IMG/VR virus record: IMGVR_UViG_3300042313_000167
Span: 1 to 26,602 of that record
Strand: one strand, 5' to 3'
From: a virus
Taxonomy: Duplodnaviria; Caudoviricetes
Length of the DNA: 26,602 nt
A program made the translations under genes and the position numbers. The notes under the pieces were generated by a model. It was not told where the DNA came from. It saw nothing but the letters and a program-made list of their open reading frames with translations, and ran no database searches. This document shows, in pieces, positions 6,340-16,744 of this stretch. Every line of letters begins with the position of its first letter. Positions within the stretch are counted from its first letter, which is position 1.

Positions 6340-9300
6340 TTACCGAACGCTTCGGTCGATTTTTTCTCGGATTCTTGTCCGAATGCGTTCTGTGTCGCGG
6401 GAGATGGTCTTGATCGCCTCGTCCGGAGTTGAGGTGATTAGTTGCGGGCCTTTTCGGAGGACATATTCCCGATACTGCTGACCCACCTCTCGTTGATAAC
6501 GGTAAAATTCCTCGGGCGTCATCTGCCGGCGAGTGCCGTTTTCTTTGACCGAGGCAGCTGCGGACGGCGTCGGAAGGAAAACTCCGCGCTCAGACAACGT
6601 CGCCAGCGTGTTCCAGGCGGGATCATCCTTCCGGGTTTTGATCCATCGGCTGAATGGGTGCTTCATCAACTCGATAGGTTCACCAAGAACATTGACCATC
6701 GGGCCGGCTCCAATGTCGCGGCGAAGCATGGGCACTTGCTGGAGAAAATACTCCGAACCGATTTTTGCCTGATAATACTGCGGATCGAAGTACGTATCGA
6801 CCTGCTTCAGGACATTCGGGATGAACGATCCAGCAAGGCGTCCTGCCCATCGAGCCAGGTCTTTGTTGACCAAGTCATCAGCGTTGTATTTGTACGCGTT
6901 GCTCATGCCAACGAGTTCCGTGAACGCGGAGATTGCAGGTGAGTCGGTCAGCACAAACATACCGGCCTGAGCAGCGTCCTTGAACTTTCCGAGGATCGCG
7001 TCGCGATTCCAGTCCTTAGGGTTGTGCAGCTGGTGATCGCGTAACTCGCCGATCGCAGCCAGGCCCATCGCGAATGGCATCTGGCGATAGCTGATGAACG
7101 TGTCTCCGATTCGGATGGAGTACGGCTGGCGCCCCTGCGCGAGCAGCTGACGCTTCTTGTCAGGATCCAGTGATCGGTAAGATCCGGTGATGTCGATGTT
7201 GCGATCCTCTTCCTTGTCATCATCACCCAGGAAGGTTGCCGCCGCCATGGCCATGATTGCGGTTCCAATGGACGCCTTCATCAACAAGAGTTTCCGCTCG
7301 TTATCGCTGATCTGGTAACCGAACGGCCGGTCGATCCGGGTCGAGTTGCTCAGGTAGTACCGGGTGAAACCCCACGGAGTGTAGTCGATCGCGCCGTTAG
7401 TGGCATTGGCCGCAAACCTCAGAAACGCCAGACCAGTGACCATCTTGACGCCGGGATACTTCTTCTCGGCTTGATTCAGCCATTGATAGAACAGCCCGAC
7501 AATTCCAGTCGGGTCCTGCTTGAAAGCGGCCTGCCGAGCAAGCTCCTTGGCATCGACTAGGATCTCGGACGGGATGCGGCTCTCAAGGATTTCCCGAACG
7601 CGCTGGTTGATTTCATTGGCAGGAATACCCTCAGACTCAGCCTTGTCTTTCGCCAGCTGAACATCCTCCGAAGTCGGAATGAGGAACTTCTTGATCTGCT
7701 CCGCATCGCCACCGCGAGTAATGATCCACGCCTTCATGGCCTCGTAGTTTGAGGTCACGGCAATGTGATCCATGGCATCCATGAATCGCGATACGAAGCG
7801 CAAATTGCTGATAGCCTTGAGAGCCTCGTTGTCGGATTTCTTGAGTGCTTCGAGCGTGCTGGTCGGGCGCTCCGGATCGAAGTTGATGCCACGGAACATC
7901 TCACCTTTTCCAAAGATGCCCGGCAAATCCTTGGCCGAACGGCGCAAGCCATCGAGCCACGCCGACGCAATGTAAGGAGCTGATCTCGGGCTTTGCACCG
8001 AAGCCAGTCCAGCTGTGATCATGCTGTTGATAATCCCGGTGCCCTGCTCGACCGCTGTGGTTAGTCCTGACAGGACGGAACCGTACCAGTAATCCATGAC
8101 AATGTTTCGAGCGCGGATGCCGCCTTCTCGCTGCATCAGCTGGTACATCTCCTGGATGATCTTGTTTCGGGACGTGCCTCCAGTTCTCTGGGCACGTTGC
8201 GCCATGTCAGAAATCTTCTGAGCAGTCTCTCCGTTGATCTGAGCGACTCCGAACTTCGGTGCGATGGCGTTTCGGAACGCATCAGCTGCTGCTTCAGGGT
8301 TGGTAAGCAAACCCAGATTCGCCCACTTGATGATTTCCGGAATCGAGTCGTAGATTTTCTTGCGAAACTTATCTTTAACCTCGGGCAGTTTGACCTGCTT
8401 ACGGAACTCTTCGCGAACGATCTTGTTGCGCTCCTTCTCGAAAGCGTTGCCGAGCAGGTTGGCGAGTTCGATCTGACCCGCACGGCTCAGCGTCTTAAGG
8501 ATCGGGTGCTCGCTGATCACGTCGAGCAGGATGCGCTTGTAGTTCCCCTGCTTGTCTAAGCTGGAGGTCATTATGTCCTCCCACGAAACACCAAGCTCCC
8601 GGCGAGCTTGCTTGAGTTCGCGTGACACGACGTTGTCGGCAATCGACAAAGTGGACCGGATATTCGCGATCGCCCGACGTGAGGAGTCGAGCAACCAGCG
8701 GCGGATCTGATCGGATGAAACGTCAGGGAACGGAATCTCCTTCTGGCGCTCAGTGATCAGGTTGTAATAGGTCAGCGTAGGGGTCAGGTAGTCGATGTCA
8801 TTGATCATCGCCCGACGCGCTTGACCGCTCTGTCCGAAGTCCTGAGCACCGCTCTGGGCAGCGACCTCACCGATTTTTCGCAGCAGATAGACCCACCTCT
8901 GCTGGTCGATTGGGTTTCGGAACGACCCCTGGATTCGGGCGGCAGTGCGTTCGAGAAGCTCTCCAAGAATGGTCTGCTGAAGAGCCGGCGTGATACCGAA
9001 CTGAGCGGCTCGATTGCCTCCAGTAGCCGCAGTGAAAGCCTCTTCAATGTCGTCGCCAAACTGATCGACCCATTCACGGGCAGCGGATTTGCGCTCCGCG
9101 TTGGTCTCGCGAACGATGCGCCCCTGGAAGAACCCAGCAGACGGGCGGCGGCGTTGACCAGCGGCGGCGCGAGGCGCCTTGATGTTTTCTCGGTCAAACG
9201 GACCAGCGCCAGGAGTCTCAAATGCGCCTTCAATTATCTGGCCGATTTCGACCTCGGCAGCAGCGAAGTCCGTATTTGACGGTGCATTATCGCGCACATA

Positions 9301-12300
9301 CTCGAACGCCGCCTGACGCGCTTGCACGATGTCGCGGGTCTTAATGTAGACCGCACGCGCAGCTCGCAGCGCCAGATTGATAACCGCCAGCGGGATTGCC
9401 GCCGTAGATTCGTATGAACCCTGCGGACGGGTAGCTTCGATGGCCCGGTTCAGCAGGTTCTCGACCTTGTCGTACATCAATCGGCCGAGATCGGGATTGA
9501 GTTGTTCGGCCAAAGACAGCAGGGCGGGCGCGTCAGCCGCGTCCATCGTGCCGACAAGGAATGATCCCCTCTGGACAAGATTGTCCGGGAACATCCGCTG
9601 GATGCTCGCGTTAGACCAGACTGGGCGTAACGAACTTCCGGCCCGGATGCGGACTTCGTACTTTCCGTTGCCGACAGGCTTGATGCGTAGGAGTTCGCTA
9701 GCCTTTCCTCCCTCGCTCTGACCCTTGGCAAAAATCTCAGTGCCGCTTTTTAGGAGCGATATAGCTTCTTCTCTGCCGATCCGGATGTCCTTCACCATGC
9801 GCTCAGGTGTGAAACTGGCTGGCATCACAATACCAGTCTTCCGCTTGCCGGTGTTGGTCGTGTAGATGGTAATCTTTGGTCGAACCTCAGATGCGCCACG
9901 CGCTCCTTGAAAACCCTTCAGGAGGTTTCCAGTCACGATGTACCGCTGATCGGTCGTCTCCGTTGTGGTCTGCCATTCTTCAGCGGCATTGTCTACTTCT
10001 TGACCAAGAGATGAAGCGACCTCTGATCCTTCGGACATTGACAGCGGCATAGAGGCGCGTGAACGCACCATGTTGCGTATCAAAAGAATCTGATGATCTG
10101 AAGGACGAGTGAAGTTCCCAGGATCGTTTGACTTAAGTTTCAGTCCAATCGGAACTGCGACGTAGCCAAATTGGTTTTTGAATGCTTTCCCGATCTTTTG
10201 ATAAGCCGTGATAACCATTTGTCTGGTTTCTTCAAAGCCATCTTTAACTGATTGTATCTGCGATGGAGACATTTCTTTAGTCTGCATCGTAGCAATACGT
10301 TGATCCTCAAATGCTCTGCTCTGTTGAAGCCATCCTTCCGCAATGTTTTTAGTTGAAGGTTTATTCTTAGCAGCTTCTTCGGTTGCAGTGCTGTAGGTTG
10401 GCGGTGCCTTCGGCGAATTGATTGAGACGCGCTCCATGATAGACGGGCCGTCAAATGGAGTCGTTCCAGTTCCAGGAGTAAATTCTGTAGACTCAAGAAT
10501 TTTAGCTCTAAAATCATCGACGTTAGCCTTCAGCGGGTTCTCACCAACCTCATCGAGCGCCCGGATTCGGTCCGTGTAGAGTTCCGAGATGTCGCGCCAA
10601 AGCTTGGCAGCGTAGTCGTCCGGAAGGATTACGAAGTAACCCGTGGCCGATCTAGCGAAGTCGCCACCTTCGTCGATTCCTTCGTCGAGCGGAGGCAGAC
10701 TGAAGTCCATCTGGTCAACGATCTCAGGATTGGATTTTAGGACGTTGTAGACCACGTCATCGCCAATCGAGTTGAAGATGTCAGCAACCAGACCTTCGTT
10801 TGCGGTCAGATCGGATTCAGTATCGGCAGATGTGTTGGCGTTCAACGAAGCCATCTTGCGCCGCAGCAACACCATGAACCGATTCTCAGCGGCCAGCGAA
10901 GAGGATAGAACCACGTAGCGCGGCAAGCTGGTCTGACCAAAACGCATGATGCGTCCGAGCATCTGCATGAAGTCGTTGATGTCTGGGGCAGCTTGGCCGA
11001 CGATCATCACGCGGCGCCGCTGGTCTTTGAACTTCGGATCAGTGTGAGCACTGGTTCCAGTTGAGCCTGCTTTGTTTACAATAATCGCATCAAGTCTTCC
11101 GTTGTTGTAATCATCCAAGATCACCCGGCGATCGCGCTTCTTCCTAGGAACAGAGGCTGACTTACCTTCAGGTCCCGTAACAATCTCCGTGCTTCGACCA
11201 GTGATCTCGTCGATAGAATAACCCGCCTGTTGAATCCGGTTCTTAATGAAATCGATTGGCGAGATGGGCATATCTCCAAAGTCTCCACCTGCGATCTCAT
11301 CTCGAATGTCCTCATACTGCTGACGAGCTTCATCTGGAAGTTCATCAGGAGTGATCTTGACCGTTTTCTTAGTGTCGTCTGCTTTGTCTTTGACGGTGAC
11401 TTCAAGCAGCTTGTCCAGCTGACGAAGCAGTAGACCTTGATACGAGACATCGTAACCCTCTTCCTTAAGGGTCTCGATAGGGCCTTCCATCGTGTTGTTG
11501 ATCGCGATGAAAGGCTTTTCATTGCCCTTGAGAGTTCGGATCGCATTGTCAGCGATCGCCTTGGCTTTAAGCGAAAGAATGTACTGGGTCGAAAGGTTAA
11601 ATAGATGACTTCCGAAATTCGTGGATGAAACGCTTACTTTTGATTCCGATGCACGGGTTTGATTTTCCACGTTCTCCATCTTCTTCGCGACCTTTGAGAC
11701 CTTCTTACTGAAGCGCAGAATCTGCTGAAGAAAGTCCGTGTACACGTCAGCAAGCTCGCGCTCGCGCTCTGCGTTGTCGGTAGAGGTAACGAAATCAAAC
11801 GGCACTCCGCCCCAGTTCTGCTCACGGCGCACGAACTCTCCGGATTCGGAGAGCATCGAAGTAAGCGCCTGCTGAAGCGCCAAGCCGCCGCTGTCGAGCA
11901 GTTCGGTCATTTCAGCTGGGCGCAATCCAGCACGCTGCATCAAAGTTTTGAGCGCGTAGAGACCGAGGTTATCCGGACGCTTAGCGAACGTCGCAGATGC
12001 GAAGTACGCACCTTTTGACTTGGGAAGAATCTGATCGAATCGAATGTTCGTGTCGGAATTTGCGCCGGCCGCTAGGTGAGCCTCGTCCAACACGAAGATT
12101 GCGTTTGGAGCAATACGAGATAGCGCCTCCCAGATGGGACCAAACGATTTGGCAATTCGCTTAGATTGACGGGCCCGCTTCTGTTTGGCGCCTTCCTTGA
12201 ATCCAGGAGGAACATCCGATTTTAGCTGATCGTAGGTCGTGAAAAATGCGTTGGTTCCCTGAGGAAGTTCAGCCGTGTCGTTGATCTTTGCCAATTCCTC

Positions 12301-15300
12301 ACGACTCTTAGCGGATGTTCTTCGCACCTTCACGGTCTCACCAGTGGATGCGAGGTAATCGACGTTGCTGTTCGTGACATAAGGCCGAATACCATTCTCA
12401 CCGATCGCCGGAAGATCTCGACCAGCCATGTCAGAGTACAGGGTTGGCTTGGCGGTGATGAAAACCGGAGTCAGTCCGTTCAGGCGTGCATACCGCAAAA
12501 TGGCAGCAACGGTGCGCCCCTTGCCCACACCAGTTTGGTCTGAGTTGATCAGCGCCGAACCGCGTTCAATGTTCCGAATTGCCAAACCAGTAGCGTCAAT
12601 CTGGGCGGCGGACATTATCTTAAACAACTGGTCCTTGGTCATCTGCAACCGATTAGCGACGTAGTTGTCGATCGGCATCTTGACCTCGGCCTCCAATTCG
12701 CGGAGGGCTCGCTCAGTGGCGTCAGCGATGTTTGAGGGGCTGACGAGTCCGGTTTCAGCGTTTTTGCTCTGGCTCTTGTAGGGCTTAGTACGCGCCTCAG
12801 ACATAGCCTCCGGCTCTGACTCGATTTCGGGATCGACCGCAATCTCAGGCTCGGTGGGCACCGTGGTTTGGTCGATCGCATCAATGACGCCGGTTGCCTG
12901 GGTTCGATTGAGATCATCCAATCCCTCGACGGTATTGGCGGTCTCCTGCCAAATGGATAGAAGCGACCGCTTGAGCTTATCCCAGATTTCAGGGAGATCA
13001 GCACGCACTTGCGAAGCGAACTCGGCAAACGTGCGGATGCCGGCCTTGACGTACAAGGAAGCCATCTTGACGCCGATTACTAGAATCTCGGGGTCCACGC
13101 CCATGGCGGTGCCCCCTAGCTTGTCGCGCAGCTGCTTCTTTAATGCCTCCAGTTGCGTTTGCTCATCCGTAGATAGCTTCGATGTTAACCCGGGCCTTGC
13201 GGCAGGCGGCTTAACCACAGGTTCAATCCGTCCTCCTGCCACGCCTCCAGCTGCTCCTGGTTCTTTGACTCTGGGCGCTGGCTCAACCACTGGTCCAGTT
13301 GCCGCCGGTTCACTTGGAGTAGGAGTTCGTTGTTCTGGAGCACTTGGTACAACTGCTCCGGGTCCAGGAACAGGCTGCTCGACAGGAACAGGTTCTGGCC
13401 GCTTTCCTTGAGATAAGAGTTCAGGACTCGCAGGCGCTCCTGGAACGCCTCCGGGTTGTCCTGCACCTCCTTCAACTGTCGGCTCCACAGCTGGGACATT
13501 TCCCATGCTAGTTGCTGCTGGGACGACAGGGGTTGTGACTTTCGATTTGCGAGCTTCATTGATCAGCGGTTTGAGTTGTGCCCAGTTGTTGTAAACGCGA
13601 GGTGCTGAAACCCACGGACGGACCAAACCTCCTTGGGCGGATGGAGAGGTTGATCGTTTTCCGTCGATTACCACAATATCGACCGGCCATCCTGCCCCCA
13701 TCTTGGAGTACATACTGCCGTCGATGGTGAAGAAGTCGGTAACATTAAACCGATTGAACAGGTCAAGGTACTCAGCCCGTTCGTAGGATTTCAGCCGGTT
13801 TTCTGGAGTTCCCAGCTTGTTGGACTGCGATCCAGTCTTGGATCCCAAGATCAGCACGGCCTTTCCGTTGGGGGCCATGGCTTCGAGCGTGTTCAGCGCA
13901 ATAGCGAGGTCGATGCTCGAAGTATCCGCCCGCTTGATACTGCTTCGGAAGAGCGGGAACGATTCCTTATAACCTTCAAGGAATCGAGCGCCAAACGGAG
14001 GGTTGATAATGACGCGATCCGGTTGAGCAGAATCCAACAAGTCAAAGAACTCCTTGCTGACGGCATCAAGTCCGGTGGCAGGTTTTCCAATAAAGCGTTC
14101 CAGACGCGTGCGGCGGTTGGGATCCAACTCGTTAGCAAGAATCTCCTGCTTAGTCGGATCTGACGTGACAAGCAGCATTCCATTGCCGGCGGTCGTTTCG
14201 GCAATGCGTTGACCACTCTCTATGTCAGCAAGGATGCCGGCCAGATAAGCAAGCGGAGGCGGCGTGGAATAGGCTTGCGCGGTTTTACTGGACGCAGTTC
14301 GAGTACGCAGATCCGGCCCTTGTTCGTACCGCTGAGTCAGCTTGTCGTAGGTCTCAGTCGGATCTACTCCAGCAGACCGATCTTCACGCACAGTCTGTGC
14401 GGTAGCTTGAATGATCTGCGATTCAAGTTCCTCTTCGACTTCTTTCTTGTTCGGTTCAACCAGTATTGGGCCGGGAACAGGTGTTGGTTTGGCAGGAGGA
14501 AGCACGGACGCCGCTAGAGAGATTTCCTCCGGAGGACGGATTAGCTCTTCTGGTACGATCGGCGCTTTGGGTGTAGGCTCTACCGGCGGCGCAATAGCCT
14601 CTTCAACAGCGGCAGGAATCGTGGGTTCCGGCTGGATTGAAATCGGTCCAGAGGGCGGCCCGCCTGCATTGATCCCGCCAAGCTCTTCGGCAATGTCGGG
14701 AGTGAGCGCATCCTCTATGCCAGATACGGTGGCAGCAGAATTCGGAAGAGGGTTTGCGGGATCATCACCAATGGCTGCACGGCTGGCAGCCTCACGATCA
14801 ATGAATCCAGGAATGCCATCAACCACCGCACCTCTTCCAAGGCGCTCCTGCTGCAAGCTACGAAGCCTCTGTCCACGCGAAATCTTGCCAGCTCCACCGG
14901 CAACGAGTCCGACCAGTGTTCCGACGCCCGCACCAACCTCTCCGGACTCAAGGATTCCTTGGCCTAGTTTCTGGTCAGGGTTGTAGATTTTCTGAGCGGC
15001 CAGATTCTGAAGGAACTGTTCCGACGATTCCTGTGCTGCTTCTTCAAGGCCAGTTTTGAAAGCGCCACGAACAACCCTTTTTCCAATAGCGCCAGTTACC
15101 AGACGCTTTACTGCTGGAACAGCACCTAACGCGCTTTCGGTGATCGCACCAATCGGTGCTGTAGCCATGAGCACCTTACGCTGTGCCTGTGGCTTTTCAG
15201 CGCGAAGCCGACTGGCTTCCATCGCGTCTCCTTTTGCCAACGCCTCCGCAATCTTGGTGTCGTAGAATTGACCTGCCTCTTGCGCGGCATCTTCACCAGA

Positions 15301-15792
15301 ACTAAGGCCGTATGCCAGCTGTCCAACGCCGGGTATCGCTGCAACCGGAAGCGATCCAACGCCGCTTGCCAACTGGGTAAGATAATCTTCTTCCCGCAAC
15401 GGATTGACCGGGAACGCTTCCGCCGCTCCTGCTTGAAGGTTCTGACCCAGCTTAAACGTCGGATCATTTTCAGTTCTCGCTTGGAGAACTTCAGGTGAAA
15501 CTTCCCTAGTGCGTTGCTGCCATGCTTCGAGCCTACGGTTGTAAGCTTCCATTCCAGCGGGGCTTTCTGCTTGCGCCGCTGTCATCATCGGAGGCGGCTC
15601 TTCTGACGCTAAACGCGCAAGGCCCATCATGCTTCCACCAACCATGCGACCGCCTTCCCGCATGAAGGCTGATCCAGCGGAAGAAAGCGCACCTTGATCT
15701 AAGGTATCGACAAATTCTTGAAGTTCATTTTCACCAACATCATCAGGAACCTCGATTAGACCGATGTCTTGAATATCAATGAGCTTAGGCAT
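6340..15792 (-). CDS. Giant ejection-type polyvalent protein (DarB-like): adenine methyltransferase + Strawberry-notch-like SF2 helicase, 3150 aa
   Basis: MTase motifs YSTP, ETTAGNG, ANELD and IINPPF (13993-14004); helicase motifs DQTGVGKGR (~12514-12540), TTYDQL, LDEAH (~12076-12090), SATF, EITGR, AGSTGTSAH and QMLGRIMRFGQ; Ala/Gly-rich helical N-terminus, long helical C-terminus; last gene of the ejection cluster. Confidence 0.88.
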   Translation of the reverse strand: MPKLIDIQDIGLIEVPDDVGENELQEFVDTLDQGALSSAGSAFMREGGRMVGGSMMGLARLASEEPPPMMTAAQAESPAGMEAYNRRLEAWQQRTREVSPEVLQARTENDPTFKLGQNLQAGAAEAFPVNPLREEDYLTQLASGVGSLPVAAIPGVGQLAYGLSSGEDAAQEAGQFYDTKIAEALAKGDAMEASRLRAEKPQAQRKVLMATAPIGAITESALGAVPAVKRLVTGAIGKRVVRGAFKTGLEEAAQESSEQFLQNLAAQKIYNPDQKLGQGILESGEVGAGVGTLVGLVAGGAGKISRGQRLRSLQQERLGRGAVVDGIPGFIDREAASRAAIGDDPANPLPNSAATVSGIEDALTPDIAEELGGINAGGPPSGPISIQPEPTIPAAVEEAIAPPVEPTPKAPIVPEELIRPPEEISLAASVLPPAKPTPVPGPILVEPNKKEVEEELESQIIQATAQTVREDRSAGVDPTETYDKLTQRYEQGPDLRTRTASSKTAQAYSTPPPLAYLAGILADIESGQRIAETTAGNGMLLVTSDPTKQEILANELDPNRRTRLERFIGKPATGLDAVSKEFFDLLDSAQPDRVIINPPFGARFLEGYKESFPLFRSSIKRADTSSIDLAIALNTLEAMAPNGKAVLILGSKTGSQSNKLGTPENRLKSYERAEYLDLFNRFNVTDFFTIDGSMYSKMGAGWPVDIVVIDGKRSTSPSAQGGLVRPWVSAPRVYNNWAQLKPLINEARKSKVTTPVVPAATSMGNVPAVEPTVEGGAGQPGGVPGAPASPELLSQGKRPEPVPVEQPVPGPGAVVPSAPEQRTPTPSEPAATGPVVEPAPRVKEPGAAGGVAGGRIEPVVKPPAARPGLTSKLSTDEQTQLEALKKQLRDKLGGTAMGVDPEILVIGVKMASLYVKAGIRTFAEFASQVRADLPEIWDKLKRSLLSIWQETANTVEGLDDLNRTQATGVIDAIDQTTVPTEPEIAVDPEIESEPEAMSEARTKPYKSQSKNAETGLVSPSNIADATERALRELEAEVKMPIDNYVANRLQMTKDQLFKIMSAAQIDATGLAIRNIERGSALINSDQTGVGKGRTVAAILRYARLNGLTPVFITAKPTLYSDMAGRDLPAIGENGIRPYVTNSNVDYLASTGETVKVRRTSAKSREELAKINDTAELPQGTNAFFTTYDQLKSDVPPGFKEGAKQKRARQSKRIAKSFGPIWEALSRIAPNAIFVLDEAHLAAGANSDTNIRFDQILPKSKGAYFASATFAKRPDNLGLYALKTLMQRAGLRPAEMTELLDSGGLALQQALTSMLSESGEFVRREQNWGGVPFDFVTSTDNAERERELADVYTDFLQQILRFSKKVSKVAKKMENVENQTRASESKVSVSSTNFGSHLFNLSTQYILSLKAKAIADNAIRTLKGNEKPFIAINNTMEGPIETLKEEGYDVSYQGLLLRQLDKLLEVTVKDKADDTKKTVKITPDELPDEARQQYEDIRDEIAGGDFGDMPISPIDFIKNRIQQAGYSIDEITGRSTEIVTGPEGKSASVPRKKRDRRVILDDYNNGRLDAIIVNKAGSTGTSAHTDPKFKDQRRRVMIVGQAAPDINDFMQMLGRIMRFGQTSLPRYVVLSSSLAAENRFMVLLRRKMASLNANTSADTESDLTANEGLVADIFNSIGDDVVYNVLKSNPEIVDQMDFSLPPLDEGIDEGGDFARSATGYFVILPDDYAAKLWRDISELYTDRIRALDEVGENPLKANVDDFRAKILESTEFTPGTGTTPFDGPSIMERVSINSPKAPPTYSTATEEAAKNKPSTKNIAEGWLQQSRAFEDQRIATMQTKEMSPSQIQSVKDGFEETRQMVITAYQKIGKAFKNQFGYVAVPIGLKLKSNDPGNFTRPSDHQILLIRNMVRSRASMPLSMSEGSEVASSLGQEVDNAAEEWQTTTETTDQRYIVTGNLLKGFQGARGASEVRPKITIYTTNTGKRKTGIVMPASFTPERMVKDIRIGREEAISLLKSGTEIFAKGQSEGGKASELLRIKPVGNGKYEVRIRAGSSLRPVWSNASIQRMFPDNLVQRGSFLVGTMDAADAPALLSLAEQLNPDLGRLMYDKVENLLNRAIEATRPQGSYESTAAIPLAVINLALRAARAVYIKTRDIVQARQAAFEYVRDNAPSNTDFAAAEVEIGQIIEGAFETPGAGPFDRENIKAPRAAAGQRRRPSAGFFQGRIVRETNAERKSAAREWVDQFGDDIEEAFTAATGGNRAAQFGITPALQQTILGELLERTAARIQGSFRNPIDQQRWVYLLRKIGEVAAQSGAQDFGQSGQARRAMINDIDYLTPTLTYYNLITERQKEIPFPDVSSDQIRRWLLDSSRRAIANIRSTLSIADNVVSRELKQARRELGVSWEDIMTSSLDKQGNYKRILLDVISEHPILKTLSRAGQIELANLLGNAFEKERNKIVREEFRKQVKLPEVKDKFRKKIYDSIPEIIKWANLGLLTNPEAAADAFRNAIAPKFGVAQINGETAQKISDMAQRAQRTGGTSRNKIIQEMYQLMQREGGIRARNIVMDYWYGSVLSGLTTAVEQGTGIINSMITAGLASVQSPRSAPYIASAWLDGLRRSAKDLPGIFGKGEMFRGINFDPERPTSTLEALKKSDNEALKAISNLRFVSRFMDAMDHIAVTSNYEAMKAWIITRGGDAEQIKKFLIPTSEDVQLAKDKAESEGIPANEINQRVREILESRIPSEILVDAKELARQAAFKQDPTGIVGLFYQWLNQAEKKYPGVKMVTGLAFLRFAANATNGAIDYTPWGFTRYYLSNSTRIDRPFGYQISDNERKLLLMKASIGTAIMAMAAATFLGDDDKEEDRNIDITGSYRSLDPDKKRQLLAQGRQPYSIRIGDTFISYRQMPFAMGLAAIGELRDHQLHNPKDWNRDAILGKFKDAAQAGMFVLTDSPAISAFTELVGMSNAYKYNADDLVNKDLARWAGRLAGSFIPNVLKQVDTYFDPQYYQAKIGSEYFLQQVPMLRRDIGAGPMVNVLGEPIELMKHPFSRWIKTRKDDPAWNTLATLSERGVFLPTPSAAASVKENGTRRQMTPEEFYRYQREVGQQYREYVLRKGPQLITSTPDEAIKTISRDTERIRTRIREKIDRSVR

Positions 15793-15795
15793 GGT

Positions 15796-16740
15796 TTATT
15801 TGGCTAAGACTAGCTTGCCTGTAACCGGGTCTCGTTGAAAGCGCGCTTTTACGGGAGCATTGGTGGATTGCGCTGATTTTTGTTGGGCTAACTCGCTTGC
15901 AACCTGCTCTGCGGTCAGCTTGATTTTCATTGGACCTCTAGGGGTTTCGATTTCGATTTCTCCTGGAAATACAGGTTTCTCAGCTTTTTCAGCCTTGGGT
16001 TTCCTTACCAAGACATTTTTTCCATTGATTACACCGCGTGTGTAACCTTCAGGAATAGTTTGAGCAGGTGCTGTCCTCGTAGGAGCTTGCGCCATCATTT
16101 GTGGCACATTATCTTGGGAGATCCCTTCTCCAAGCACGTCAAGCGTGGTCATAATTGGCTCAGATCCACCGCCCATAATACCAAATGTGTTGTCTCGGGG
16201 AGCGCCGCTGATGGTTGATTCCAAATCGGGAGGAATTGGCACACCTGCCGAATCGCCTCCTGGAAGAATTCCTTGCGAGGCCATGATACGAGCCATCTGT
16301 TGATCATTCGTTGCTTTCTGGATAATCCCCTGAACCTTTCCCTTCAGATACGACTTAGATTTTCTATCTTCGTCGGAAAGCGTGATTCCGCCCATTTCGA
16401 TTCCGCTTGTTTCCGCAAATCCAGCTGTCTCTAACAACTGATCTTTGTTTCCGCCCTCTTCCTGCGCTGTGGCAGATCCAACAATGTCTATCGAGCCGTC
16501 ACGATTACGTTTCAAAAACCTACCAAACTTAATCGCTAGCCCTTCATCGCGCCCTGTTGCCGCCAACGCCGCCGCCTCTCGCCGCTGGTCAACGAGGTCC
16601 TGGTAATACTGCCCGCGCATCCGCGTCTCTTCAGCACGCTGCGCCGCTGCTTCCTCCCTGGCCTGGCGCTGATTCGCCAGCTGCACGCCTTGGAGGTACG
16701 ATTGCCCGATGTTTTCGAGTCCTGAGAAGGGGTTTGCCAT
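15796..16740 (-). CDS. Putative ejection (internal virion) protein, 314 aa
   Basis: Start corrected to MANPFSGLENIGQSYLQG; Gln/Ala/Arg coiled coil and low complexity; sits between the small and giant ejection genes. Confidence 0.7.
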   Translation of the reverse strand: MANPFSGLENIGQSYLQGVQLANQRQAREEAAAQRAEETRMRGQYYQDLVDQRREAAALAATGRDEGLAIKFGRFLKRNRDGSIDIVGSATAQEEGGNKDQLLETAGFAETSGIEMGGITLSDEDRKSKSYLKGKVQGIIQKATNDQQMARIMASQGILPGGDSAGVPIPPDLESTISGAPRDNTFGIMGGGSEPIMTTLDVLGEGISQDNVPQMMAQAPTRTAPAQTIPEGYTRGVINGKNVLVRKPKAEKAEKPVFPGEIEIETPRGPMKIKLTAEQVASELAQQKSAQSTNAPVKARFQRDPVTGKLVLAK

Positions 16741-16744
16741 AAGA

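Noticed and set aside
6340-15792. Restriction-modification enzyme, virion RNA polymerase or intein in the giant ORF
   Set aside because: No nuclease, RNA polymerase or intein splice motifs recognised; termini and context fit an ejection protein. A profile search could still reveal missed domains.
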